This document shows, piece by piece, positions 15,151 to 27,600 of a stretch of 64,000 nucleotides of DNA. The position numbers were made by a program, and so were the translations under genes. Under the pieces are notes generated by a model. That model searched no databases, had not been told where the DNA came from, and saw only the letters and a list, made by a program, of their open reading frames with translations. This DNA comes from Geosiphon pyriformis uo1 (lineage: Eukaryota; Fungi; Glomeromycota): NCBI GenBank assembly GCA_016748015.1, contig JAAOMT010000040.1:558001-622000 (forward strand), written 5' to 3'. Within the stretch, counting starts at the first letter, position 1, and every line of letters starts with the position of its first letter.

Positions 15151-18100
15151 ATATCTTAAAAAAAACAGAAAAATTTGGTTGGTTTTATAAAACATATATA
15201 AAACATATAATTCTGTTGAATAGTACTATTTAAAAACTAGTTTATAATATATCAAGATGTATAAGAGATTATTAGTTTCTTTAATAATATTTATAAAAAC
15301 AAAATAAATAGAATAATAATAAATTTTGGCCTTACAAATAGATATTGGATATATAATAAGCTAAATTAAAATAAAATATTCTCTTTTTTCTTTGGAGAAT
15401 TTTTTATAATCTTCTTTTGTGTAAGATTAAAAAACATAAACATTTATATAAATATTAGATTAATATTAAGTTTATAACCAAAACAGACAAAGTGGAAATT
15501 AAAGAAAAAAAATTTTTTTTTATACAATTAGTGCTTTTATTAATAATACTATTTAAATTAAAATAGATAGGCTTTTATACAATATATATTAGATATTGTT
15601 AGTAAATTTTTTTTAATTAATAATATCTCAATTAACAATAATAAAACAATGACTATTTTTATTAATTAAAAAATTAAAGATGCTTTTTTAAGAATTAGTG
15701 ATTTGCTAATTTCAATTGCTAAAAATAATGTATTGTATAAATATTTGTGAATTTTTTTGTTAACAAACAGATTTTTAAGTCTAGTTTAGGCAAAACTTAA
15801 TCTAATATCAGATTTTTTTTAAATATAATGTTAAAAAAAACTGTTACAAATAAGCAGTTTTTATATTTAGTTTTGGCTGTTTTGCAGTTTATAATTGGTT
15901 ATCAATTATAGTTTAGTTTTATTTTTTTTGGAGTTTGTTGTTAATAAAATGTTTTGGTTAGAAAAAATCTTAAAATAAAAGCTGACTTATTCTACAATTT
16001 TTTTAATAAAATACTGTATTATTTTTTATTATATAATTTAAAGATATTTAAACAAATTTAAGCCAAAAGAAAGATTGTTTTAACTATTATATTTGCAAAT
16101 ATTACTGGTGTTCTTGATTAGCTTTTTAATTACAGATTTTTGGATCTTTAAGTTTTAGGCTAAAGTTTTTTGAATTTTTTATAGTATTTAATCAGATTGT
16201 AAGTCAGTTTATTTAATAATTTTTTGGTTAGAGTAGTGTATATTTTTTTAAACAATAGTTTTTTATTAGTAAATAATTTGTCTTATGTATTTTCAGTCTT
16301 GACAAGTTTTTTATGTTAAGAGTATTAAGCGGTTTATTGTACTTTAATAAAATTAATTCTTTAAAAAAATTTGGTGTGACTTTTTGTAATAGACTTTTAA
16401 ATAAATAGAACAGAATTATGGATTAAAAAATATTTTATTAATAGAAAAGATTAGATTCTAAAAGACCTATGTTTTTTTTAGTTTATGCTAATATTAAAGT
16501 TTTTGCATAATGCTAACCTTGTGCTGGCCTTTTTTGGTATGATTTTTAAATCAAAAAACAATAGTGTTTTATTAATAGATAAGTTTTTGACTTTAAAAGA
16601 ACATTTACATAAAGTTTAGTTAAATACAATTAATATATATACTGATAATTCTTTTAAAAATTTAGGTTTTTTTGCTGTTATTAATAAAACTGCTTCTTAT
16701 TTTTTTGAAGTAGATTTGAAAGTTGAAATCAAGATCCATGAGTTGTTATTTTTAACACTAATTGAATTGCAGGTTGTTGTTTTGTCTTTAAAATATGTAT
16801 CTTTTTCTTATGCTATAATTGTATATCTAAATAATTAAGCTGTTATAAATACATGCATTTTGAAGTTAGAGTTTTTAGGTTCTGATTTTTGCAATTATTG
16901 TTGAATAGAAAAAATTATATTGTAAATTTGATTAAAGATAAAAATCTTTTAATAACTTAGTTAAAGATTAAAAAAAATTCAAAAATTTTAAACAATATTT
17001 GTGCTGATGTTTTGGTGAATAAAACTGTTTATTTTTTTCTGTTGTTCTTTAACAATGTACATAAATGCTTTATTAAGACTAATAATTTGATTTTATTTGA
17101 TAATGCTTGTTATTTTATTTAAGATAAATATAGTTTAATAAGTTATATCTAATAAAAAGCTAAGCTTGGTTTTAAGGTAATAAATAAATCTTTAATTCAG
17201 AAAATTAATTAAATTTAAACTATTATGATTTGATATTTGACTTTATATATGTTTTTAAACTTTACTAATAAGACTTTGGCTAATTTGTATATATATTTTA
17301 TAAAAGCAGTTCACAAAAAACTGTCTATTATAGTTAAAAAGAAGCTTTATAATAGAAACTATTCGAAAATTTTGTGTCTATATTATAAGAAAATTAAATT
17401 TTCCAATTATATATTTATATGTTCAAAAAATACTAATTTTTACAAAAAAATAATATTTAATCAGATTGCAATTTAGAAGTCTTTGATAAAATTATATGTT
17501 TTATTATCTTCTATAATACTAAAATTTTTTTTTTATGTTTATTAAATATTAAATTTTATGCATTTTTTTATAAAAGTTTTGTGCTTAAAAATTGGTATTA
17601 TAAAGCTGTACTGGTGTTTAATAATTAAAAAGAAGCTATTTGGGTTTTGGTTAAATTTATGAATAGTTTGAATAAGCATTATTATTTTGAATTGTAAAAA
17701 TTTAAGTCTAAATACAAAGCTAATATAAAAAAATATGGTTTGGTTAATAATATTAAAATAGTGCTTAATAAGTCTTGCAATTTGGTATTGGATTTGTTAA
17801 ATAAAGTGGTTAAATTAATTGGTATTAAAAAATTATTTAGTGTTAGTTTTGGTTTTTATAAGTTTTATTTGTTTTTTTAAGTCTAAATAGCTAAGTTACT
17901 ATTTATATAAGAGTTTAATATTGTCTTAATTGGTTTAAATAACTGGTTATATGTAATAAAAATATAAATTACATTTAACTAAAACTTCTAGTTTTGATTT
18001 TGTATACTAAATAACAATTAAATTGTATTTATTAAACTTTAATAAAAAAAATTATATTTATAAAAATATTTTAAAATGCTTTTTTAAAAAAATTATTTAA

Positions 18101-18559
18101 TAAAAAATTAGAAATTAATGATATTATAAAAAAAAGATTAAACATAATATTTATTGCTTAAAAAAATTAACAAATTAATAAATTATATAAGTTAAAATAT
18201 TTTTTATAATATAATAGAATAATTATAATTAAAAGTTTATTAAATAAAAATATGTTTCAATTAAAATTTTTTTAAATATATATTAATTACATATATAAAT
18301 AAAAATATTATAATTTTTTTTATTAAAAAATATATTTAATTAAATTTTAATTTTTAATATTAGTTTTATAATTAAAATAAAATTATAAAATATAAATAAT
18401 TTTATTTATATACAGTTTATAAAAAAATAAAATATGTAAAAATTATAAAATTTTTAAATTATTTTTGGCTAATATAATAAAAAATTTTATAAATTACAAA
18501 ACTTTAATATATAAAATTAAATTTACTATTATTATAGTTAAAACTTTTACTTTTTATTT

Positions 18560-18900
18560 TATTTATTTAATTATAATTAATTATATGTATTAATTATTAA
18601 TATTATTAATTAACCATCTTATTTTTAAAATAGTTATTAATATAATTATTAACTTGATTAATAATTTAATTATTGACTTAGTTATTAATTTAATTATTAA
18701 TATAATTATTAATATTATTATAATTAAATATATTATTTTTTAGCTTTTATTTATTAATTTAGCCATAATTAATTACATATATTAGTTGTTATTATTATTA
18801 ATTAATTATTTTATTTTTAAAATTAATTATTAATATAATTATTAACTTGATTAATAATTTAATTATTAGCTTGATCATTAACTAAATTATTAATAAGATT
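18560..18900. repeat. AT-rich tandem duplication, two ~190-bp units
   Basis: Shared block 'ttattaatataattattaacttgattaataatttaattatt' at ~18634 and ~18826. Confidence 0.6.
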
Positions 18901-20689
18901 TTGATTTAATTATTGATTTTTTTTAAAAAATATATAAGTAAAATTTTTTAAAACCATAAAAAAAGCATTTATACTTAAATTAATATAATATATCTTAATT
19001 TGTATAATTGTTAATTTTTATAAAATATATTAAATAAATATTTACTAAAAAGTATAATTAATATTTAATATTAAATTCTAAAAATACTAATATAAAGCAT
19101 AGAATTATATTAATGTATTGTCTTTTGTTAATAGTATAAATTATCTCTTTACTTTCAAATTTTTTTATTATTTTTGAAAAAAATAGTAACTGAAATATTT
19201 ATAAGACTGATTTTCTATATTAAATTTTTACTAATTTAATTTGTTTATTAAAATTAAATTATCTTTTTAATTATAGTCAAACCTAAAATAATTCATGTTA
19301 AGATAACTTATAATCTGTGATAAGTCATAGTATTTTAAATTTACCAATTTAGTAATTAAAAAATTCTTATATTTATAATTCATAATTTTTTACTATCAGT
19401 ATAAATTATCTTAAATGTTAGATTTAGTTTAAATTTTGCTAATTCTGGTAAAATTGCAGTAAAACAAACTAATATTTCTATAATTAAAAATGCTATATAA
19501 TAATATAATATTACAGTAAACTCTCTCTATAGTCCCTCTGGTTATAGTCACTATCTTCTTATAATTACATTTTTTTAAAAACCAAAACCATTTATATATA
19601 ATATTATCTCCTTATAGTCACTTTTATTATATATATCTTCTTATAGTTTCTATCCTCACAAATATGATAGCAGAATATAAGTAATTTCTACTTTCTATAG
19701 TCACACTATAATCATATGATATTAAATATGAACATCAAATATCATCTCATATTTAATCAAATATGTACAGTCAGGGAGATTTCCTAATTGTCAATAGAAA
19801 TCATTTTTTTATGGTAATAAAAAAATTAGAGAAGTTTTTGGAAACAATTGTAGAACACTAAACAAAATTTCTCAAATATTACAACATTCAATTACTCTTC
19901 TTTATAAGCCACCACTGCCATTAGAAAACAATGACAGAATTATTATATCTGGCTTGTTGTTTGTGGGTATTATAAGAGTTTTAATAATAGTTGACATATA
20001 GTACAGTACTGCTGCTCTTGGTGCTTTAGAAACTAGTGGTGCTTCAGAGGCTAATAGTGCTTTGAAGGCTGTTGCTGCAAGTATCAATAAAGTTACTCTG
20101 AATCAAACTTTGGCTAACAAGATTATTTTTTCTCCATATTAAGAGAAGGAATTAACAGATCTACAAGCAAGAATAATGGCCCAATGGGATTCTTCAGGAA
20201 CAAATTTGTTAATAGGACATTGCTTGAGCAAATCAACTAAGAATGGAGTTTGAATTTATCTTTTCTTAAGAAGAAAAATATAACCAGTAATAAAATTCAG
20301 AGCATGAAAATTCCGATATATACCCAATAAATACATTTTCACACCAACTTTGACATCCTTGATTAAAAAAAAGCTTTATACTAGCAATCATATTCATCAT
20401 TTAACCAATATTTAGTATTAGCAAGCAAAAGTTTGACTAATAGTTTTAAAAATGTATTAAAAATCAACTTTTTTGAGGCAAATAAATTCATGTTGAATGC
20501 TTTTCATAATCCAAACATAATCATGCAGAATAGAGATTTGAACTTAGACTCAACATATCATGTTTTAAAAATGCCAATTATAAATGGTAATGCATCCAAC
20601 CCAAGGTAAACAAAACTGTACACAATACAATATATTTCTAATTTCTTGAAGGTATTTATTAGGCTGTCACACAATTAACTTACTAAGCT

Positions 20690-21700
20690 TCGAAAACATA
20701 ATCACTTAAAAGAGGTATTAGAGAGTTAATAATAGGTAATAGTTGTGATTTTATTAACAGATTTACATTTTTTGATGATCTGTTTCTTTATTTGTTACTG
20801 GAATTGGTTTTTAAGTACCTAACAATGTTTTTTTAATTTGCCTTGCTTTAAAAAAGTCTATTCTTTTTATCTGTGCAATTTCACTGAATTTTTTTATTTC
20901 TTCACTTAATATCTATTCATGACTAATATAATGAAAAACACAATTAGAGACATTTGGATTTACAAACTGTGTCTTTCTTATCTGAACTCGAAATCAATTT
21001 GATTCAGCAATAAAGCTAGGATGTGTATGAGACCTGTATATTTTACTTTTAGAATATTCAATGACATTAAAAAAGTTAGTATGTAATCTCTCAAATTTGA
21101 TACAGTTATGTGCTGCAATTTCCCAATGCCATTGTGAAGATATAGAAGGAATTAATGATTTGAGCATTTTGTTAATTTCTTCAAGTATTGCATCATGGTC
21201 TTGATGTTGATTTGAAAGTTTAGATTGAGAAATTACAATTCTTTCTTGAATCAGCTTACAAACTTCAAGCTTCAATCATAGCCATTGTTTTTTATCAGCA
21301 ATTTCAATTGATTGGTAAATAGGATGGCACCGAGCAGACCAAATTGGTATAAACATTTGTTTAGCTGCGAGTCTTAATAAAGACCTATTGAAACAAACTC
21401 CAGTGCGAAAGTTAATAAGTGCTTGTAAATAAAAAAAGACTTGTTTATACTTTAATCTGAATGTGAGATCTGTTTCATTTTGGACACATTCTAAGTAACC
21501 TTCAACAAATGAATTTTTCTTAGAAACAACATATGGCCACATTAATTTGGAAGTCATTACATGTCTATATATATTACATATTGAATCTCATGACTTATAA
21601 TGATCAGAATATTTTTTAAAAAACTGCAGTTGACTTTCACTCTGATATCTCTGACATTGTGCAAAGTATTTTATATCAATATTCTAATTGATATAGGCAT
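20690..21700 (-). pseudogene. Captured fragment of a transposase-like gene (Academ/DUF6589-like features) inside the inner pogo
   Basis: One frame broken by stops: 'DIKYFAQCQRYQSESQLQFFKKYSDHYKS*...FYLQALINFRTGVCFN...IWSARCHPIYQSIE...HQDHDAILEEINK'. Coding origin is clear; the family assignment comes from motif recall only. Confidence 0.5.
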
Positions 21701-22073
21701 TGCTGTGTTTGGAGAGCTTGACAACATGACATTGTGCTATTTTCTATGTAATTATGCAAGTATGTGGAGAATCAAATTGACAGCCTTTATTATTGATAAT
21801 CAGTTGGGGGTAAGAGACAAAAAGTATTACAGATGCATTATCAAAATTAGGTTTTTTTTTACTGAGAATTTGTCATTTGCACTTAAAATTCTACAGTTGG
21901 ATTAAAATCTTTATTTTTATAATTTGGCCACTTTTTATAATCTGAGACACCTCATATGACATGAGACACTTCACATGTCCAATTAGATATAAGGCAAAAT
22001 AATGTTTGAGACATAACAGATATATCAATGCATTATAAAAACAAAATACAATAAAAAGTATGTTCTTATTAAC

Positions 22074-23633
22074 ATGCCAAAAAACACGAACCAAAAGTAA
22101 GCAGCAATCTCCTTAGAGACTAAAAAGGCTCTCTGCTAGTACAAACTAGAGCATCTTGACTACTCAGCAAATAGACTTATCAAAATATTTAATCTAAAGG
22201 TTAACTGCTCTACTGTAACAAAGATACTAGCAAAATCAGACTGATAGATTGAAAAGAATATATCTAGCAACTCTGGTCAATTAACAAAGAACAAAAAAAA
22301 GATGTTTCCAAAGATAAATGATGCACTGGGAGAATAAATGCTTGAAGCACTAGCTATCAACTGCATTCTTATTGGAAAAATTTTACAAATAAAAGCCCTC
22401 AAGTTTGCTGAAAAGTTTCTGGAAAAAAATAATTTTAAAGCATCAGATAGTTGGTTAGAAAAGTTCAAGAAATGTCATAATTTGCACCACATTAAGATGC
22501 ATGGTGAAGCAAACAGTGCTCCTTTAAAAATTTTACCAGAGGAATGAGAGAAACTACATGAGATTATCAATGAATATGATCTAAATAATGTTTACAATGC
22601 TGATGAGACAACATTATTCTTTAGAATGCCACCAAATGCAACTTTGGCAACAAGATCTACCTCTGGCACCAAGCATGATAAGAGTTGAATTACCATACTT
22701 TTTGCTTGTAATGCAACAAGCAGTATCAAGTTGCAGCCTTTAATTATTGGTAAAGCCGCAAAGCCACAATTTTTTCACAATATTAATATGAATGCACTTC
22801 CAATCACTTATCATTACAATATAAAAGCATGAATGCGAACTAATATTTTTAGTAAATGACTTAATTTATTAAATGAAAAAATGTGTCACAAGAAAAAAAA
22901 GATTTTGCTATTGTTTGATAATGCTGGTTCTCATGGTAGAGAATCTTTCATATTATCTAATATTATGATTAAATACCTACCATCTAATACAACATCCCAT
23001 TTGCAACCATTAGATGCAAAAATTATTGCATCTTTTAAGACACAATACCAAAAGTTGTTTTTTTTCCATCTTATTAATCAGTATGATGGCAAGATTCCAA
23101 TATCAACAGTAACATTAAAGGATGCAGTTGACTTTCTAATTGATGCATGGTCAACAGTAACAACAACTACAATCCAAAACTATTGGCGTTATACAGGAAT
23201 TCTGAATAATAGTCAAATGCCAGCCCATCTATTAGATATTAAACAAGAACTTCTATAAGAAGTACAAGTTTTTATTAACCACGTTAATATTGATAAACTA
23301 TTGGCAATAGACTTCATTAATATTGACAAGTTTGAATCATTATTCACTTATGCCTCAAAGGATGAAATTGTGGATCTTATTAACAACAAGTATAGTGGAA
23401 ATTTTAATGCAAATGAAGATTTAGAAAGTGAAAATGAAGATAAACCTTTGCCTTTGCTATCTACACATCAAGGTAAAATTGCACTTGAAGATACATTGCA
23501 CTATTGTGAAGAGCAGTATAGTGAAAAAGATGATTCAGACTTTTTTAAAACTTTAAGAACATTAATTTGTAATACTGTTCTCAAAGTTCAAGAAGAAAAA
23601 AAACAGTTGCAAATAAATAGCTTTTTTAAATAA
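22074..23633 (+). pseudogene. Pogo/CENP-B-like DDE_1 transposase pseudogene
   Basis: HTH 'FKASDSWLEKFKKCH..MHGEA'; 'NVYNADETTLFFRMPP' ~22586; 'LLLFDNAGSH'; 'YLPSNTTSHLQPLDAKIIASFK'; C-terminal 'KQLQINSFFK' (PIP-box-like, typical of pogo). Broken by stops and a frameshift. Confidence 0.9.
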
Positions 23634-23789
23634 AATATATATAATTGGTTATTATATTATGCATGTAATATATAGATCATGTGATAAGATATAGATCATT
23701 TTTTATAGTCCTATCTCTCTATAGTTATCACAAATGTGCTGACTAAAAGATATGATTATAAAGAGAGTTCGCTGTACTTACTTAACAAA

Positions 23790-24600
23790 GTAATTATTAA
23801 TTGTGTAAGTAATCAAGTTAGAGTTCTGAATTGTTCTAAGTTTTAAATTATCATTAATTATATGAGTAATCAAGTCAAGATTTTGATTTGTTCTAAGTTT
23901 TAAATTATTATTAATTTTATAAGTAATTAAGTCAAAATTTCAAATTGTCTTAAGTTCTAAATTATCATGAATTATATAAGTAATTAAGTTGAAGTTTCAA
24001 ATTGTTTCAAGTTCTAAATTATTATTGATTGTATGAATAATTAAGTTAGAGTTTTGAATTATTTAAGTTTTAAATTATTACTAATTTTGTAAGTAATCAA
24101 GTTAGAATTTCAAATTGTCTTAAGTTCTAAATTATTATTGATTATATAAGTAATTAAATTGGAGTTTCAAATTGTTCTAAGTTCTAAATTATCATTGATT
24201 ATATAAGTAACTAAGTCGAAATTTTAAATTGTTTCAAGTTTTAAATTATTATCTATTGTATAAATAATCAAAATGAAGTTTTAAATTGTTCCAAGTTTTA
24301 AGTCAAAGTTCTAAATTGTTCCAAGTTCTAAATTATTATTAATTGTATGAATAATTAAATCAGAATTTTGAATTGTTCTAAGTTCTAAATTATTATTAAT
24401 TGTATAAGTAATTAAGTTAAAGTTTTAAATTGTTCCAAGTTTTAAATTATTACTAACTTTGTAAGTAATCAAGTTGAAGTTTTAAATTGTTTCAAGTTCT
24501 AAATTATTATTGATTGTATGAGTAATCAAATTAGAGTTTCAAATTGTTTTAAGTTTTAAATTATTATCAATTATGTGAGTAATCAAGTCGGATTTTTAAA
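23790..24600. repeat. 57-bp minisatellite, ~14 units, in the 5' part of the outer pogo
   Basis: Unit ~AGTAATCAAGTTAGAGTTCTGAATTGTTCTAAGTTTTAAATTATCATTAATTATATG, recurring at 23808, 23865 and onward, with one irregular unit near 24290. Units differ mainly by transitions. Confidence 0.9.
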
Positions 24601-27600
24601 TTAGCTTTATTCTAATTGTACTTTTTTTTTGTTTTTTGATTCTATCATATCTAATAGCAAAAAGCATGCTATCTTTTCAGTTTGTGTTTTACAAAGTTGT
24701 AAAAATATTACACTTTATAATAAGCTTATAGTGCTTGATTGGTATCATGCAAATAATAAAAACCAATTAAAAACTGCAAAGCATTTTAAAGAAAACAGTT
24801 TTCTATACATAAAACAGTCTTTAGTTTCAGCTTAGATCAAAATAAACCAAATTTTTGTGCATAAACAAATATAATACATAATTTAACTAGCAAGTATATA
24901 TGTATAATATATAATTTTGACTTTAATAAAGCATTTGTTATTTTTGTTTAAAAAACAGAATTACATAAAATAATACTTACTACAAATATAATTCGAACTA
25001 CTAATATAAAGTTCTATAATTAATTAGATATTTCAAAAAATAAGTACTAAAAACTATTTAATAACTGGCTTAAAAACTTTAAAGACTATGTTAGATTATG
25101 TTTATTTTACTTTTATGGTAATATATTATTAGCCAATATTAAGCATATTAAAAATAAATAAGTATATATAATTATATTTCTTACTGATTAAAAGTTATAC
25201 AATATTTTCAACATAAATAAAACTGTACTATTTTATGCTATATTACCAAATTAAAATCTTATTACAATATTATGTCATGATATTAAATAATCAAAAATGC
25301 AACTAATATTTGTCTTTATAATCAATATTAATAGAATTAAATATTTGTTATTACTTATTATTAATTATGCTAAATGTTTACACTGTTTTTAAAAAAAACA
25401 GAAAAGCAACTTGGTTTTTAATATTATTTAAACACTTATGTTTAAATGACTAATAATATTTTTTAACAATAGTTTGTTAATTAAAACTATTAACTACATA
25501 AAAAAAACCAAAACATATTGTTATTAGTAGACAATTTTGCTGGTTATAACTATTTTATGAAATTTATTACAAATATTCATGTAGAACAGTTTGTATTTAA
25601 CTTAATAGCACATATTTAGCCTATAGATACTGGAATTATTCATTGTTTTAAGGCATATTACTGTTGCTATTTTTTTTGTCATATATTGAATTTTTTTGAT
25701 GATAATATTGATAATATTTATACAATTAATTAATTTCAAGCAATGTGTTTAATTTATAAGACATAAAAAAATGTTTCAAATAAAACAATTGCTTATTTTT
25801 GGCACAAAGTTGGTATTTTTTTAATCAATACAAATAACAACTTTTAGAATAAAACTACAAACTTAGAAATAATAGCTAATTAGAATTAAAAAATAATATT
25901 AGAAAAAATTAAAGATTGTTACAAAAAGTTCAATTGTATATAGCCAAATTATATATACTTACCAATTAAAAAGTTAATAAATCTATCTAAAAAAAATGAT
26001 ACAATTACTTTAGAACATTTAAATAATAATGAAATTGCAAATTATATTATAACAAATTATAAAACAAAGCATAATAACTCTGATGAAAAACAAAAGATAC
26101 AGAAAATAATAAGTATTAAGGATATATTAACTGCTATTACAAATCTTAAACAGTTTATAGAGCTTGAAAATAGCAAAAAATTTTATAATACAATTAGTAA
26201 GTTTGCTTATATTAAATATATACTTTATAAAAAAATGTAAAATAAACAAAAACAAACAACTTTTACAAGTTTTTTTAATATTGTATAAGCTAATTAAAGA
26301 TTTTTATAAGAATATGCAAATAAATTTATTTTTTAATAATATTATATTTATTATTATTATATGTATATTATATATATTTAAACTTAAAAAAATCCATAAT
26401 CTGTAATAATCTATAGCAATTTATATTCACTAAAAGTATGAATTATTTTAAGTTTGACTGTATTTTATTACTATATAATACTATTTTTTTGTTCTCTGTT
26501 AGCTTATTAATTTAATTATAATAATATCTTTTTAATAATATATAAATAAAACCTTTTAAAATTATAAAAATTTATTTACAACAAAGATCAATAAATTAAT
26601 ATTAATTTTTTTATTTTTTTAATTTGTGTAATTGTTAGTTTTTTAATAATATATGAATTGGTTTTTATTAATTAATTAAAAACAAAAATAGAGCAATTAT
26701 AATATTAAAATATTTTAAAAAATAGAAAAAAACTTGGTTTTAAGAACTTAGTTTTTAATTAATATACTTTTTTTATTAATTTTTTTGTTTCTTAAAAAAA
26801 CTGTAAAATAATTAACAAATTTTGTTATAATTAATATTTTAATTGGTTTAAAATTTTTTTTATTGTTTTACAAATAATTTAATTAAAAACTTTAGTTTAA
26901 AATATATTATAAAAAATATTATAACATATTTTGATAATATAAAAATAAATCTAAATATAAACATACATAATTTAATGGTTTTAATTTTAATTAAGCTATA
27001 TATTATTATTTTTATATTAAATATAATATTAAATTTGTGTAATATAAAATTGTGTTAAATAATTAAAGCTGTTATTAATATAAATAGATTTAAATTACAT
27101 GATATTAAATCTAATTTTACAACAAATATTGAATAAAAAACATCGTATTACTAATTTTGTAAAGAAAAAAAATTGATTTTTAACCATAATCAAAATAAAT
27201 AAACATTTAAATATTGTATAAAATAAAATAGTAAATATTATAATAAATAAAACTTTTGGTTTTAGGTTTTTGTTATTTTCAAACATTTGAAAAAATATGT
27301 GGAGATTTTAGATAATTAAATATTTTAAACAATATTAAGTATTTTATTAAAAAAATTATAATATAATTAATTATACTTATTAAAAAATTAGTTTAAAATC
27401 TAAATATATTTGTGTTTTTTTGGTTAAAAATATTAATTAATCGCAAACAGCTTTAGTTTGATATTTAAACTCTTATTTTTGGCCTGGTTTTATTAGTAAA
27501 ACTTTATAAAAATTATTTAAAACCAATTGTTAATTGCAATTAAAAAGATGTTATAATTTTTTATATTTAAGTATATTATATATTCATTGTAATAATATTG

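Larger units (their letters stand above)
7054..18051 (+). mobile_element. Degenerate full-length non-LTR retrotransposon, copy B, with two nested insertions
   Basis: ORF1 ~7205-9045 ('SKKKAPKRAF', RRM-like 'EFG...QLIGL*QK', eroded CCHC ~8345). ORF2 ~9047-17918: APE 'KIVICNIKSIN' ~9062; RT 'LPDKKTADLNSISNKL' ~13936, 'WLVL*NIYKTYNSV' ~15176, 'LWRIFYNLLLCK' ~15390, 'AFINNTI' ~15533; RNase H 'IYTDNS' ~16635. The 3' UTR aligns with that of the copy at 38250-38386 and ends in AATAAAAAAAA. Confidence 0.88.
19514..23774 (+). mobile_element. Inner pogo-like transposon (4.26 kb) carrying ~2.5 kb of cargo, nested in the outer pogo
   Basis: TIRs CAGTAAACTCTCTCTATA (19514) and TATAAAGAGAGTTCGCTG (ends 23774). 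TA at 19512-13 and 23775-76. Subterminal TATAGTC repeats at both ends. Confidence 0.9.
19274..26460 (+). mobile_element. Outer pogo/Tigger-like (Tc1/mariner, DDE_1) transposon, heavily degenerate
   Basis: TIRs (c>t)AGTCAAACCTAAAATAATTCAT at 19274 and ATGAATTATTTTAAGTTTGACTG ending 26460, both flanked by TA. Transposase relic ~24650-26280: HTH 'VLDWYHANNKNQLKTAKHF', 'NIFNINKTVLFY' (N.DET), 'LLLVDNFAGY', 'HI*PIDTGIIHCFKAYY'. Confidence 0.85.

Noticed and set aside
23790-24600. CRISPR-like array
   Set aside because: The units are contiguous 57-bp repeats with no unique spacers, there are no cas genes, and the array lies inside a eukaryotic pogo element.
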